Assembly (NCBI GenBank): GCA_965213625.1
Contig: CBDBZU010000004.1
Coordinates: forward strand, 3,872,001 to 3,936,000
Origin: a bacterium
Lineage (GTDB): Bacteria > UBA8248
Direction of reading: 5' to 3'
Length of the DNA stretch: 64,000 nt
A program made the position numbers and the translations under genes. The notes under the pieces were generated by a model. It searched no databases. It was given only the letters and a program-made list of their open reading frames with translations, and was not told the origin of the DNA. This document shows, piece by piece, positions 11,001 to 20,056 of this stretch; the first letter of the stretch is position 1; each line of letters opens with the position of its first letter.

Positions 11001-11629
11001 CGCAATGAGCGAAGGCGAGTCTCTTTCTCGCGCATGATGTCGGCCACACGAAGCAGATTCGCCTGTGCAAGCTCCAGTTTGCGCAACGCCTCGTTTCGTC
11101 TGCTCTTGTATTTCATGATGCCGGCGGCTTCTTCAATCAGAACTCGCCTGTCCATGGGCCTCGCGTTCACGAGAGTCTCTATCTTGCCTTGCTCCACGAT
11201 GGAGAAAGTATCGAGAGAAACACCGGTATCGAGAAATAAATCGACGATATCCTTGAGTCGGCAGGGACTGCGATTGATGAGATATTCACTTTCACCTGAG
11301 CGATACAAACGGCGGGTGACTACCACCTCGTCAAAATCCTTGAATGCAGGGGAGGTCACTACCCCTTTCAAGTCGGTGACGGTAAGCGAAACCTCGGACA
11401 TCCCGAGTTGTTTGCGCTCGGCGCTGCCGTTGAAGATGACATCTTCCATCTTCTTCGATCGCATGTTTTTAGGAGCCTGTTCGCCCAGAACCCATCGAAC
11501 GGCATCACACACATTGCTTTTGCCGCATCCGTTGGGCCCGACCACAGCCGTTAAGCCTTCGCCAATCTCAATCACGGTCTTATCTACGAAGGACTTGAAC
11601 CCCTGCATCTCCAAGCGTTGGAATCGCAA
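8045..11629 (-). CDS. smc: Chromosome partition protein Smc
   Basis: GFKSF, Walker A GPNGCGKSN, long coiled coils with hinge, signature LSAGEK, Walker B ILDEVD. Confidence 0.97.
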   Translation of the reverse strand: MRFQRLEMQGFKSFVDKTVIEIGEGLTAVVGPNGCGKSNVCDAVRWVLGEQAPKNMRSKKMEDVIFNGSAERKQLGMSEVSLTVTDLKGVVTSPAFKDFDEVVVTRRLYRSGESEYLINRSPCRLKDIVDLFLDTGVSLDTFSIVEQGKIETLVNARPMDRRVLIEEAAGIMKYKSRRNEALRKLELAQANLLRVADIMREKETRLRSLRRQARKATFHKEYQTEVADLSQRIMALDYLELVDELVPAEKAYARIKDEEQAVATKISSLDAERESGRFLLTERTEALAETRQRATEVEGSLQRLENRVEMQGNRLAELDTEDERRAEEIQTLDAEITTFENERIRLASTLDALTEQSVLARHEYDVSAAELAAVRENLKEFERVLDEARRTQEEERERLSAARQQIASIESRREGLAESTEKTGKEIEEINGQLELTQSDVDVAKNRLELLVASECQAKQELEQAISERERAAELLTRHEESVAGTKESLMEAKSALSALEGVLGSGESGFADAEAFISRGAQVIATFSEVIRVDPKFEKAIEAALGDKLLGVVVNTPGDAVDAIRALMSSEAGRGVALPTEAGAQPGAVVPLGEGVLGVAADFVRCDIGYRHLVQSLLGNIVVVEDIDAAQAAWCNGPQGVVCVTLDGEIIHANGVVEGGLTRNEGFLERSRRCEEMRLKVEHFKAQLIELGPNSQKLSEQLTKAEQSSRHAIEAYQRAEVMRVEGEGALRAAEGRYEELKKRLATLEAAREQLRAEQMRLVDVFQSAQDESLRSEKKIVECTSRIQGIEKKVSDAGLRNSEVDAHVTDKKVALAEINGKVAGGQAEFQRIVDGISQNSARKVRKEGEQRESIEKRERLQESIAQSEEEILVLQNEKAKVAAEQAERDRVLREMQSRDEELGDSIREMKEKASRLNAAVSDAAELRTTLSVKRESLLESAEAEYQIDLEETAESRRDELPQYQEILNRLEMLNQRLSRMGEVNPLAAQEYDEINQEFVFLQEQQQDLENSIADLHTTIEKLNKTTKSRFLAAFEEVSNAFADIFGRLFQGGEARMFLLDPNDPLETGVDIEVKPPGKRPSNIMLLSAGEKALTAISLLFSVFSVRPSPFCILDEVDATLDDANVGRFREVLAELEGQSQFIIITHNKKTMSYANQLYGVTQREKGVSEIVSVKLNREDERVNGVGEAVLESSV

Positions 11630-11768
11630 TTCAACACCTCGGCGGGCGGACGAACTTCATTATCAGGGGGCGGTCTAAGACACTACCAGGGCGGTAGGAA
11701 TCAATAACTTACCAGAATTCCCCAACATTCGTAAAGCAAAAATATCACATTTTTAGAACTCACTGCCG

Positions 11769-12446
11769 CTAGGCTTCCTCAAACTTATGAACGGCTTCTT
11801 TCGCAGCCACTTGCTCGGCCGCCTTTTTGGTCGTGCCTTGTCCACGCCCCATTACCTTACGACCGAGACGAACCTCAACCTCGAATTCTTTTTCATGCTC
11901 TGGTCCACTCTCTCGAACCAGGCGATAGCCGGGAGGCTTATTGCCATTTTTCTGAGCCAATCGCTGAAGCTGGCTTTTGAAATCCTGCGACAAGACATTT
12001 TCTTCATTCAAGCCCGCTGACCAGAACCATGATTCGGCCCACTGCACACAACGGGTATAACCGGCATCGAGATATATGGCGCCGACAAGCGCCTCGACTG
12101 CTCCCGCCTGAATGGAGGGCTTTTGCCGACCACCCGTTTTTTCCTCTCCTTTGCCCAAACGAAGGAAATCCCCCAACCCGCGGCGCCGAAAAACACCCGC
12201 CAAAGAGCGTCCATTCACCCGTTCTGAACGCAGATGGGTCAATACACCCTCATCATCCGTCGGAAAATCTTTCCATAGCTTTTCCGTCACGATGAGCTGC
12301 AATACAGCATCACCCAAAAATTCCAGCCTCTCATTATCTGAAGTGGGAGTTGTACTTTCTTGAGAAAAAGAACGATGGGTCAGAGCCCGGACGAGGAGTT
12401 CCTTGTCAGAAAACGAATAGCTGATCTGGACTTCGATCTCGGCCAG
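11769..12446 (-). CDS. rnc: Ribonuclease III (start codon uncertain, possibly CTG)
   Basis: ALTHRS, NERLEFLGDAVL, C-terminal dsRBD. The ORF-track start at 12734 overlaps fabF and is unlikely. Confidence 0.93.
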   Translation of the reverse strand: MAEIEVQISYSFSDKELLVRALTHRSFSQESTTPTSDNERLEFLGDAVLQLIVTEKLWKDFPTDDEGVLTHLRSERVNGRSLAGVFRRRGLGDFLRLGKGEEKTGGRQKPSIQAGAVEALVGAIYLDAGYTRCVQWAESWFWSAGLNEENVLSQDFKSQLQRLAQKNGNKPPGYRLVRESGPEHEKEFEVEVRLGRKVMGRGQGTTKKAAEQVAAKEAVHKFEEA

Positions 12447-12510
12447 GGTGACACCCCTTGAACCGAAACCGGAGAATTTCCCGTTTCTGATGTTGGCGGA
12501 ACCGCTTTTC

Positions 12511-13788
12511 CTAAGCTGCGGTGCTTTCCGCTCTCTTGAATAAGAGCGACGCGTTGGTTCCGCCGAAGCCGAACGAGTTTGTGAGGGCACAGCCGATGTC
12601 CGCTTTCCGGGCAGAGTTGGGCACATAGTCGAGATCGCATTCCGGATCCGGAATGTCCAAATTGATCGTGGGCGGAATACACTGGTTTTTAAGCGCCAAA
12701 ATAGTGTAAACCGATTCCACGCCTCCCGCCGCACCCAGAAGATGCCCGGTCATGGATTTTGTGGAACTTACACTAAGTTTGTAGGCATGTTCACCAAAAG
12801 TTCTTTTGATGGCCGTCGTTTCGAGTTTGTCTCCCGCGCCGGTGGATGTGCCATGCGCGTTGATGTAATCCACATCCTCAGGCCCGAGTCCCGCATCATC
12901 GAGCGCCATGTCCATGCAGCGGGCCGCCCCGTCACCGCCGGGGTCTGGCGATGTGATGTGATGAGCGTCGGAAGTGAGTCCATAACCACTGAGTTCGGCG
13001 TAAATGTTCGCGCCTCGCGCCACGGCATGTTCATACCGCTCCAGGATCATGACGCCTGCACCCTCCGCCATCACGAATCCGTCCCTGTCCGTATCAAATG
13101 GACGACTCGCCCGCTCGGGGTCATCGTTTCGCGTGCTGAGCGCCCGCATCGCGCAAAATCCCGCCATAGCCAACTCCGTGATGCAGGATTCACCGCCTCC
13201 GGCCACCATCACATCCACCAGGCCGCGCTGAATGCACTTCATCGCGTCCCCGATGGCGTGATTCCCGGATGCGCACGCAGTGGTTGTGCAAATGTTCGGC
13301 CCTTTAAGCCTCCAGCGCATCGAAACCTGGCCGGCTGCCAGATTTCCCAACAACATGGGGATGAAGAAGGGACTAATGCGCGTCGGTTCCCTGGTTTGCA
13401 ATAACTCCTTATTCGCCTCGATGGCAGGCAATCCGCCCAAGCCCACACCGATGATGGTGCCATACCGCGACGCCAGTTCCTCATCCGGAGCGCATAAACC
13501 CGCATCATCGAAAGCCATTTGAGAAGCCGCAAGAACATACTGGATAAAAGTATCCATTTTCTTGAGTTCTTTGCGGGAAACATAATTCTCAGGCTCAAAA
13601 CCTTTTACTTCGCCGCAGATGCGAGACGTCAGGCGATCCGGGGAAAATCGGGATACTTTACCGATACCCGAGCTGCCCTGCATCAAGGCTTCCCAGTTTT
13701 CCTCTACCGACAAGCCAAGCGGTGTAAGCAAACCGAGTCCCGTCACGACGACCCGAACATCCGACTTCAACAAACTATGATTATTCAT
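12511..13788 (-). CDS. fabF: 3-oxoacyl-ACP synthase II
   Basis: VVVTGLG, TACASG, NAHGTST, KSMTGHLLGAAG, NSFGFGGTN. Confidence 0.97.
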   Translation of the reverse strand: MNNHSLLKSDVRVVVTGLGLLTPLGLSVEENWEALMQGSSGIGKVSRFSPDRLTSRICGEVKGFEPENYVSRKELKKMDTFIQYVLAASQMAFDDAGLCAPDEELASRYGTIIGVGLGGLPAIEANKELLQTREPTRISPFFIPMLLGNLAAGQVSMRWRLKGPNICTTTACASGNHAIGDAMKCIQRGLVDVMVAGGGESCITELAMAGFCAMRALSTRNDDPERASRPFDTDRDGFVMAEGAGVMILERYEHAVARGANIYAELSGYGLTSDAHHITSPDPGGDGAARCMDMALDDAGLGPEDVDYINAHGTSTGAGDKLETTAIKRTFGEHAYKLSVSSTKSMTGHLLGAAGGVESVYTILALKNQCIPPTINLDIPDPECDLDYVPNSARKADIGCALTNSFGFGGTNASLLFKRAESTAA

Positions 13789-13823
13789 GCTTCCTCTTCG
13801 ATTTGCAGACCAACGAGATTTTT

Positions 13824-14066
13824 CTAGTCTCCAGGCACCTTGCCGAGATAATCGTACGCATCCTGTACCGTGGAGATTTTCTCCGCTTCTTCATCAGGTA
13901 TTTCAATACCGAATTTCTCCTCGAAAGCCATGACGAGTTCTACGGTATCCAGTGAATCCGCTCCCAAATCATCGGTAAACGAAGCATCGGGCACCACCTT
14001 TTCAGGCTCCACACTCAACTGCTCTACAATGATTTCTTTTATTTGTGCTTTGATTTCATCTGTCAC
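13824..14066 (-). CDS. acpP: Acyl carrier protein
   Basis: [18 protein letters not shown]. Confidence 0.98.
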   Translation of the reverse strand: MTDEIKAQIKEIIVEQLSVEPEKVVPDASFTDDLGADSLDTVELVMAFEEKFGIEIPDEEAEKISTVQDAYDYLGKVPGD

Positions 14067-14238
14067 ACCGATTCCTCCGAAAATCTTTCTCTTTAACCGG
14101 TATTGAGTCGTCCTTTCGACAAGAATTGCAACTCAATACTCATTTACACATCTGCGTGGCGACCATCCAGAATTCTATGACCCGCATCCACTCCCTTAAC
14201 CAAGATACTTAAATATCCATCATACACAGGCAAGATAT

Positions 14239-15177
14239 TCAGTTGAACTCGCCCAGGGCAGTAACTGTTTTCTCCAGACTTTGTATGTCTTCCACATTAT
14301 TCACCGGTATATCCTTCAATATCCGCCTATTCAATCCTGAGAGCACCTTCCCGGGACCCAACTCGACCATCACATCGGGGTTTTCCTCACCTGCTGCGCG
14401 TACGGCATCCTCCCATCTCACGGGAGAGCGAACTTGCCGTTTGAGCAACTCTCTAACTTGTTTTCCCTTCCGAACGGGTTGAGCGGTCACATTCGCGTAG
14501 ACGGGGATTGCAGGATCATCAATCTGCGTTCCATCGAGAACTTCACTCATCCGCTCCGCAGCTTCACTCAGCAGAGAACAATGGAAGGGTGCTCCTACGG
14601 GAAGCATGACAGCCTTCCTGGCTCCTTTGTCTGTCGCCAGCCGCGCGGCCGATTCCACCGCATCCTTGTCTCCTGACAATACATATTGGCCGGGGGCATT
14701 ATAATTTGCAACCTCCACCACGCCTTCCACTTCTTCACATATGGCCTCGGCCGCTTCTCTCTCGATGCCGAGCAAGGCCGCCATGGCGCCCCCCCGCTCG
14801 GGTACGGCCTCGTGCATGAAGCGGCCTCTTTTCTTCACCAATTCAACGCCCGTCTGGAAATCTATGGCTTCAGCCGCCAGAAGGGCGGAGTATTCCCCCA
14901 AACTATGCCCCAAGGTCAGAGAAGCCCTGAATCCGCGCTCACGCAGCAGAGTACAAGCGATATAGCTATGAACCAGAATCGCAGGCTGGGTGTGACAAGT
15001 GAGCGTCAATTCCGATTTGGGACCCTCAAAGCTGAGCTTGGCGAGGTCCCACCCCAGAATATCGCTCGCCTGTTCATAGGCTTCTCGTGCGAATGAATAC
15101 TCATCATAGAATTGTTTGCCCATGCCGACATACTGCGAACCTTGTCCCGGAAACAAAAACGCAATTTTCACAGCCAT
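14239..15177 (-). CDS. fabD: Malonyl-CoA:ACP transacylase
   Basis: FPGQGSQ, GHSLGEY. Confidence 0.97.
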   Translation of the reverse strand: MAVKIAFLFPGQGSQYVGMGKQFYDEYSFAREAYEQASDILGWDLAKLSFEGPKSELTLTCHTQPAILVHSYIACTLLRERGFRASLTLGHSLGEYSALLAAEAIDFQTGVELVKKRGRFMHEAVPERGGAMAALLGIEREAAEAICEEVEGVVEVANYNAPGQYVLSGDKDAVESAARLATDKGARKAVMLPVGAPFHCSLLSEAAERMSEVLDGTQIDDPAIPVYANVTAQPVRKGKQVRELLKRQVRSPVRWEDAVRAAGEENPDVMVELGPGKVLSGLNRRILKDIPVNNVEDIQSLEKTVTALGEFN

Positions 15178-15281
15178 CTAGCAACCCTTACCTACGGCAT
15201 GAGCGGCAAAGCTTGAATTAATTTTGCTCGCGATTAAAACAGGGCGGGGGTGAAGCGAAATCATTCCTGGCGTTTATATCA

Positions 15282-16271
15282 TTAATTCCATTCGACCAAG
15301 GCCGCACCCCAAGTGAGACCTCCGCCGAATGCAGCCATGAGCACATTATCTCCGCTACGAATTTTCCCCTCCCTCACCGATTCATCCAGCGCAACCGGGA
15401 TGGTGGCCGCGGACATATTGCCATATTTGTTAATCGTGATTATCACCTTGTCCATGGGCAATTTAAGCCGTTTCGCCACGGCTTCGATAATCCGCAGATT
15501 CGCCTGATGCGGGATAAACACGTCAATATCATCTAGCGTTAGGCCGCTCCGCTCCAGCGTTTCATTACAGACATCCTGAAAATAGCGCACAGCCGTCTTG
15601 AACGTCTCCTGCCCTTTCATTTGCAGCAAGTGTTCTTTGTTATGCACATCGTCCGGCGTCATCGGGGCGAATTTCGAGCCACCGCCAGGTACCAGAATAA
15701 GCTCTCCCCCTTTCCCGTCGCTATACACCCTGGAATCCATGACGCCTCTCGTTCCATTCTCCGACGCTCCCACAACAACGGCGCCCGCTCCATCGCCCCA
15801 CAATACGCAGGTTCCCCTGTCCTCCCAGTTCGTCACCCGCGTCATGACGTCGGCGGAAACCAGGAGCACCTTTTTCATCATGCCTGAGCGAATGTAGGCG
15901 TCAGCCGCTTGAAGCCCGTATACGAAGCCCGTACAGGCCGCATTCAGGTCGAACGCTGCGGCCCTGTGCGCACCGATATGCGACTGAAGCCAGCAGGCGG
16001 CTGCCGGGCACATCGTATCCGGCGTTAGGGTGGTTACGATGATGAGGTCGATTTCCTCAGGCCCCACACCTGCGGCTTCAAGCGCCTGATTGGATGCATG
16101 AATGGATAGATGAGAAGTCGCTTCGTCGGCTCTCGCCACACGCCGTTCACTGATTCCCGTTCTCTCACGAATCCACTGGTCGCTGGTATCGACCATTTTT
16201 TCCAGATCGGCGTTCGTGAGGACTCGCTCGGGGACGTAAGAGCCCGTCCCCAGGATGACGGAGTGGGTCAC
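15282..16271 (-). CDS. fabH: 3-oxoacyl-ACP synthase III
   Basis: AACTGF, PHQANLRII, YGNMSAA, FGGGLTW. Confidence 0.97.
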   Translation of the reverse strand: MTHSVILGTGSYVPERVLTNADLEKMVDTSDQWIRERTGISERRVARADEATSHLSIHASNQALEAAGVGPEEIDLIIVTTLTPDTMCPAAACWLQSHIGAHRAAAFDLNAACTGFVYGLQAADAYIRSGMMKKVLLVSADVMTRVTNWEDRGTCVLWGDGAGAVVVGASENGTRGVMDSRVYSDGKGGELILVPGGGSKFAPMTPDDVHNKEHLLQMKGQETFKTAVRYFQDVCNETLERSGLTLDDIDVFIPHQANLRIIEAVAKRLKLPMDKVIITINKYGNMSAATIPVALDESVREGKIRSGDNVLMAAFGGGLTWGAALVEWN

Positions 16272-16338
16272 AATAAGATTCCCTATTTGGGCGAGATTAC
16301 TGCCAAGGTTTCATCGTAGTCGAAAACAGGCTCGGATA

Positions 16339-17460
16339 TCAAGAGGTCAATTTTTCTTCATCTTCTTCATCGGCGCTCTTTTTTTCTTCCCCTGTAACCT
16401 TTTCGTAAAAAATGCCCGTTCGTATCTGATTCCACAAACGCCAGCCGACGTCACCGCTGCGCTGTATGGAGATATGCTTGTCAATCTCTTTTTGAATCTT
16501 CGTATTCAGTTCGACCTTGACGATGCTCGCCGTCGTGCGGATGGCGTTTTTCACGGCCTTCGAGTTGCTGCGGCCATGTCCAATTGTGCAAATTCCACCC
16601 AACCCCAGCAATGGCGCTGCTCCGTATTCGGAATAATCCGTCCTTTGGCGCATAGATTTCAGGCCATTCTGCAAAAACATATATCCAATCTTGCTGCGCA
16701 CCGAACCCACGATTTGCTCTCTGAGCAGCGTCGTCAGCATTTCGCTGAGGGATTCACTCACCTTCAAAGCCACGTTTCCCGCGAATCCATCGCACACGAT
16801 CACATCCGTGCCGCCTTGAAAAATGGTGCTCCCCTCGACATTGCCCACAAAATTCAAATCACTCTTCACAAAAATCTCATGAACCGACTTGAGCACGTCG
16901 GTTCCCTTGGAATCTTCTCCCCCCACGTTCAACAGACCCACCGTGGGCGCGGGTTTCTTGAACACTTCTTCGGTATATACGGATCCCATAACGCCGAATT
17001 GGAACAAGTGCTGCGCTCGCGGGGTCAGATTCGCTCCCACGTCCAGCATGACGGAAAAGCCTTTAAGAGTGGGGATTAAAGCAGCAATGGCGGGCCGCTG
17101 AACCCCCGGCATACGCTGCAATACGGACAGACCCGTGGCGAAGGCGCCTCCGGTGTCACCTGCGCTGAACACCGCCTGCGCCTCATCGTCCTTGACCAAC
17201 TGAAGAGCGATGCGCATGGACGAATCTGGCTTGGACTTCACCGACTTCGTGGGTGACTCGCCCATGCCGATGACTTGACTCGCCGAGCGAATATCGAAGG
17301 TGTCCTTGGGGGCTCCGAGACGCGTGAGTTCCGCCTCGATTCGCTCCGGCGTACCCACCAAGATGGATTCGATACCCTCTTCACGGTGAGCGTCCAACGC
17401 TCCTTCTATGATTGCCGAAGGCGCGTTGTCTCCCCCCATGGCGTCTATCGCTATTTTCAT
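16339..17460 (-). CDS. plsX: Phosphate acyltransferase PlsX
   Basis: IAIDAMGGDNAP, VCDGFAGNVALK, HGRS. Confidence 0.97.
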   Translation of the reverse strand: MKIAIDAMGGDNAPSAIIEGALDAHREEGIESILVGTPERIEAELTRLGAPKDTFDIRSASQVIGMGESPTKSVKSKPDSSMRIALQLVKDDEAQAVFSAGDTGGAFATGLSVLQRMPGVQRPAIAALIPTLKGFSVMLDVGANLTPRAQHLFQFGVMGSVYTEEVFKKPAPTVGLLNVGGEDSKGTDVLKSVHEIFVKSDLNFVGNVEGSTIFQGGTDVIVCDGFAGNVALKVSESLSEMLTTLLREQIVGSVRSKIGYMFLQNGLKSMRQRTDYSEYGAAPLLGLGGICTIGHGRSNSKAVKNAIRTTASIVKVELNTKIQKEIDKHISIQRSGDVGWRLWNQIRTGIFYEKVTGEEKKSADEEDEEKLTS

Positions 17461-17481
17461 AATCTCTTCCAGCGGTAGTTT

Positions 17482-17661
17482 TTATTCCTTCACTTCCAGA
17501 ACTTTTTGCCCCTTGTAATACCCGCAGGTATTGCACACCCGGTGGGGCAACACCGGATTATTGCAATTCGCGCAAACCGCAATCGACGGTTTCGCCACCT
17601 TATAGTGTGTTCTTCTTTTACGGCCTCGCGTCTGCGAGTGCCGACGTTTGGGAAGCCCCAC
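17482..17661 (-). CDS. rpmF: 50S ribosomal protein L32 (Cys-containing form)
   Basis: Manual translation MGLPKRRHSQTRGRKRRTHYK...CANC...PHRVCNTCGYYKG (59 aa, below the track cutoff); canonical position upstream of plsX. Confidence 0.95.
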   Translation of the reverse strand: MGLPKRRHSQTRGRKRRTHYKVAKPSIAVCANCNNPVLPHRVCNTCGYYKGQKVLEVKE

Positions 17662-17804
17662 AGCACTGCACTCCTTTCACAATAATACGTTAAACACGAG
17701 CAATTCCCGCCGATTTCCTCTCGGCCTCATGCCCGGAAACAGAATCAACATATTCTACCACATATTTCAAAATTGAGATTCCACGCTCACGAGTCATTCA
17801 AAAA

Positions 17805-18341
17805 TCAAGCTGAGCCTCCAGGTTTCCAGCCTTTGAGAGGCCCCCACCGCGGGTCCGACCCCGCGCCTACGACGACGGATTCCCCCTCATCGAGTTTCCG
17901 GCAGGTTTCAGGCGCTTCTCCCAGGCATTTAACAGGACATCGGGGCTGAATGGGTATCGCCAGCCCGATTTGATCGCGAACGGGCGTCGTCAAGTCCACC
18001 GTTTCATTTTCGATGTATGCGACCTCGAGGTCTTCTTCATTTAGTTCAACTTCACCTTCTGAACCGGAATCTTGCGGCAAACGCGAAAAATAGACAGGCA
18101 GAGGCTCATTGAATGAGTGCACAAATTCCGCCAGCCCTAAAGAACACTCCAACGTTAACCGACCTCTCAGCCGACCCTGGAAACTCACCTCATCAGAGCC
18201 AGTTTTCTCCAACTTGCCGATGAGCTTTAGACTTGAAGCCCGGAACCAATCTTCCTCCAAATCTTCCATTTCCAAATCCAGGTCAACATCCAGGCCATTA
18301 TCCGGAATTTGGGAGAGAGGAAATTGAAGTATTTTCCCCAT
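17805..18341 (-). CDS. DUF177/YceD family protein
   Basis: Canonical position upstream of rpmF; ...VDLTTPVRDQIGLAIPIQPRC...DPRW.PLK motif. Start moved to MGKIL. Confidence 0.85.
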   Translation of the reverse strand: MGKILQFPLSQIPDNGLDVDLDLEMEDLEEDWFRASSLKLIGKLEKTGSDEVSFQGRLRGRLTLECSLGLAEFVHSFNEPLPVYFSRLPQDSGSEGEVELNEEDLEVAYIENETVDLTTPVRDQIGLAIPIQPRCPVKCLGEAPETCRKLDEGESVVVGAGSDPRWGPLKGWKPGGSA

Positions 18342-18532
18342 ATCGTTTCCCCAGAGGAAGTGCGTCACAAGATGGGTTCGCGTTGCGACTTCATGTCGCA
18401 TCGGGCCCCTATCCACAACGCCTAGTTTCGAAATATAGGAAGGCGGGGAAGCAGTGTCAAACAACAAAGCGCAAGAGGGTATAACGAGACTTTCTAAGAT
18501 TCATCGAACCAACTCACGCTTCACAATCAATA

Positions 18533-19492
18533 TCAACAACTCTGAGCGCTAGACTTCAATAACTCCAAAAGCCTTCCCTCGCGAACACCGCCGGTCGATA
18601 CGCCTAACTCCTTCTTACGCCCCCACCGCAATAGCGCACGCACGACAATAAGTCCGGCGAGCGCGACATCTTCCCGTCCCGACTCGAAACCACGCAACTC
18701 TTTCCTTTGCTCGAAAGTCAGCCCGGCGAACCGACCCACCCATACTTCGAAAAAAACGCTTGGGAGCGATAGCCCATCTACACGCCCACCCGGCGGCGCG
18801 CCTTCAGTCACAAACCATGCCAGCGCCACCACTCCCCCACAGCCGATAAAGGGGAGTTCCGTCAGCTCCGCCTCGCCGAAATCAACATCCGCCAGCATCT
18901 CCTCCACCGCCTTTGAGCAAGCCCGCACCTGTTCATCAGGCGTGGGCATTGATTTCAGGTAATGCTCCGTCAGATACACCACGCCGGCGGGAAGGCTCAC
19001 CATTTCCCGAACCTCGCCACTTTCGGAGAGCATTACTTCCAGGCTTCCTCCGCCGACATCGAATACCAACGCGCGCTCGGGTTTACACGCCTCTTCGGCG
19101 AAAACTCCGGCCAGCGCCAGACGCGCTTCCTCCTCCGGTGGAATAACGCGCATCGCAATCCCCAGTTGTGAGGCGCGCGCAATGAATACATCCGCGTTTT
19201 GCGCCTCACGCAGCGCGCTGGTCGCAAGAGCATCGACAATGTTCACGCGATTCTCACGAATGATTTGCGTAAACCGGGAAAGACAGGCGAGTCCTCTTTC
19301 CATGGCGCTCTCGGATAGCTGTCCGGTTTCGTGAACCCCCTCACCCAGGCGTATCAGTTCACGCCAGCGGCCCCGCGATTCCAGCCTGCCCGCATCATCG
19401 AGCGTGGCGAGCGCCAGACGGGCCGCGTTCGTGCCCAAATCCACCACCGCGGCAAGCGGGGCCGAGGCGTCGGGGCGGAGTTGTTCAGACAT
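18533..19492 (-). CDS. Ppx/GppA family exopolyphosphatase
   Basis: VDLGTNAARL, ATSALREAQN, EEEARL, DVGGGSLE, GVREG. Confidence 0.9.
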   Translation of the reverse strand: MSEQLRPDASAPLAAVVDLGTNAARLALATLDDAGRLESRGRWRELIRLGEGVHETGQLSESAMERGLACLSRFTQIIRENRVNIVDALATSALREAQNADVFIARASQLGIAMRVIPPEEEARLALAGVFAEEACKPERALVFDVGGGSLEVMLSESGEVREMVSLPAGVVYLTEHYLKSMPTPDEQVRACSKAVEEMLADVDFGEAELTELPFIGCGGVVALAWFVTEGAPPGGRVDGLSLPSVFFEVWVGRFAGLTFEQRKELRGFESGREDVALAGLIVVRALLRWGRKKELGVSTGGVREGRLLELLKSSAQSC

Positions 19493-19516
19493 GAAAAGAG
19501 AGGATTTCTGGCGTGG

Positions 19517-20032
19517 TCAAGAATTTCTGAAACGTTCTTTGTTGTTCATGTAAGAGACGGCCGCGTTCTTGAAACGCTCTATTTCCTCATCGCTTAGATC
19601 GCGAACATATTTTGCAGGCGCGCCCAGCCAAAGGGTGCCTGGCTCGATCACTTTGTTCTCGGGCACGACGGCGCCAGCTCCCACGACGGCGCCCTCACCC
19701 ACCTTTGCGTTGTTCAGCACGATGGCGCCCATCGCGATGACGGCACCGTCTGCCACATGGCACCCATGCACGATGGCCATGTGGCCCACCGTAATGTCGT
19801 CGCCCAACACGCAGTCGTATTTGCCGCTTTCGATGTGAAGAACGGAGCCGTCCTGTATGTTGGTGCGCTTTCCCACGCGGATGGGCATATGGTCCCCGCG
19901 CAGAACGCAATTGTACCAGACGCTGCTGTGCTCGCCGATCTCAACGTCGCCGATGACGACGGCGGTCTCCGCCAGCCAGGCGGTTTCATGAACTTTCGGC
20001 AACACTCCCTCAAAGGGAATCAACATGAGCAC
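19517..20032 (-). CDS. Gamma carbonic anhydrase family (hexapeptide repeat) protein
   Basis: VIGDV.IG, LRGD, NIQDGSVLH, VGHMAIVHGC. Confidence 0.92.
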   Translation of the reverse strand: MLMLIPFEGVLPKVHETAWLAETAVVIGDVEIGEHSSVWYNCVLRGDHMPIRVGKRTNIQDGSVLHIESGKYDCVLGDDITVGHMAIVHGCHVADGAVIAMGAIVLNNAKVGEGAVVGAGAVVPENKVIEPGTLWLGAPAKYVRDLSDEEIERFKNAAVSYMNNKERFRNS

Positions 20033-20056
20033 CTTCTCCCTTGTTTCGTACTCAGC

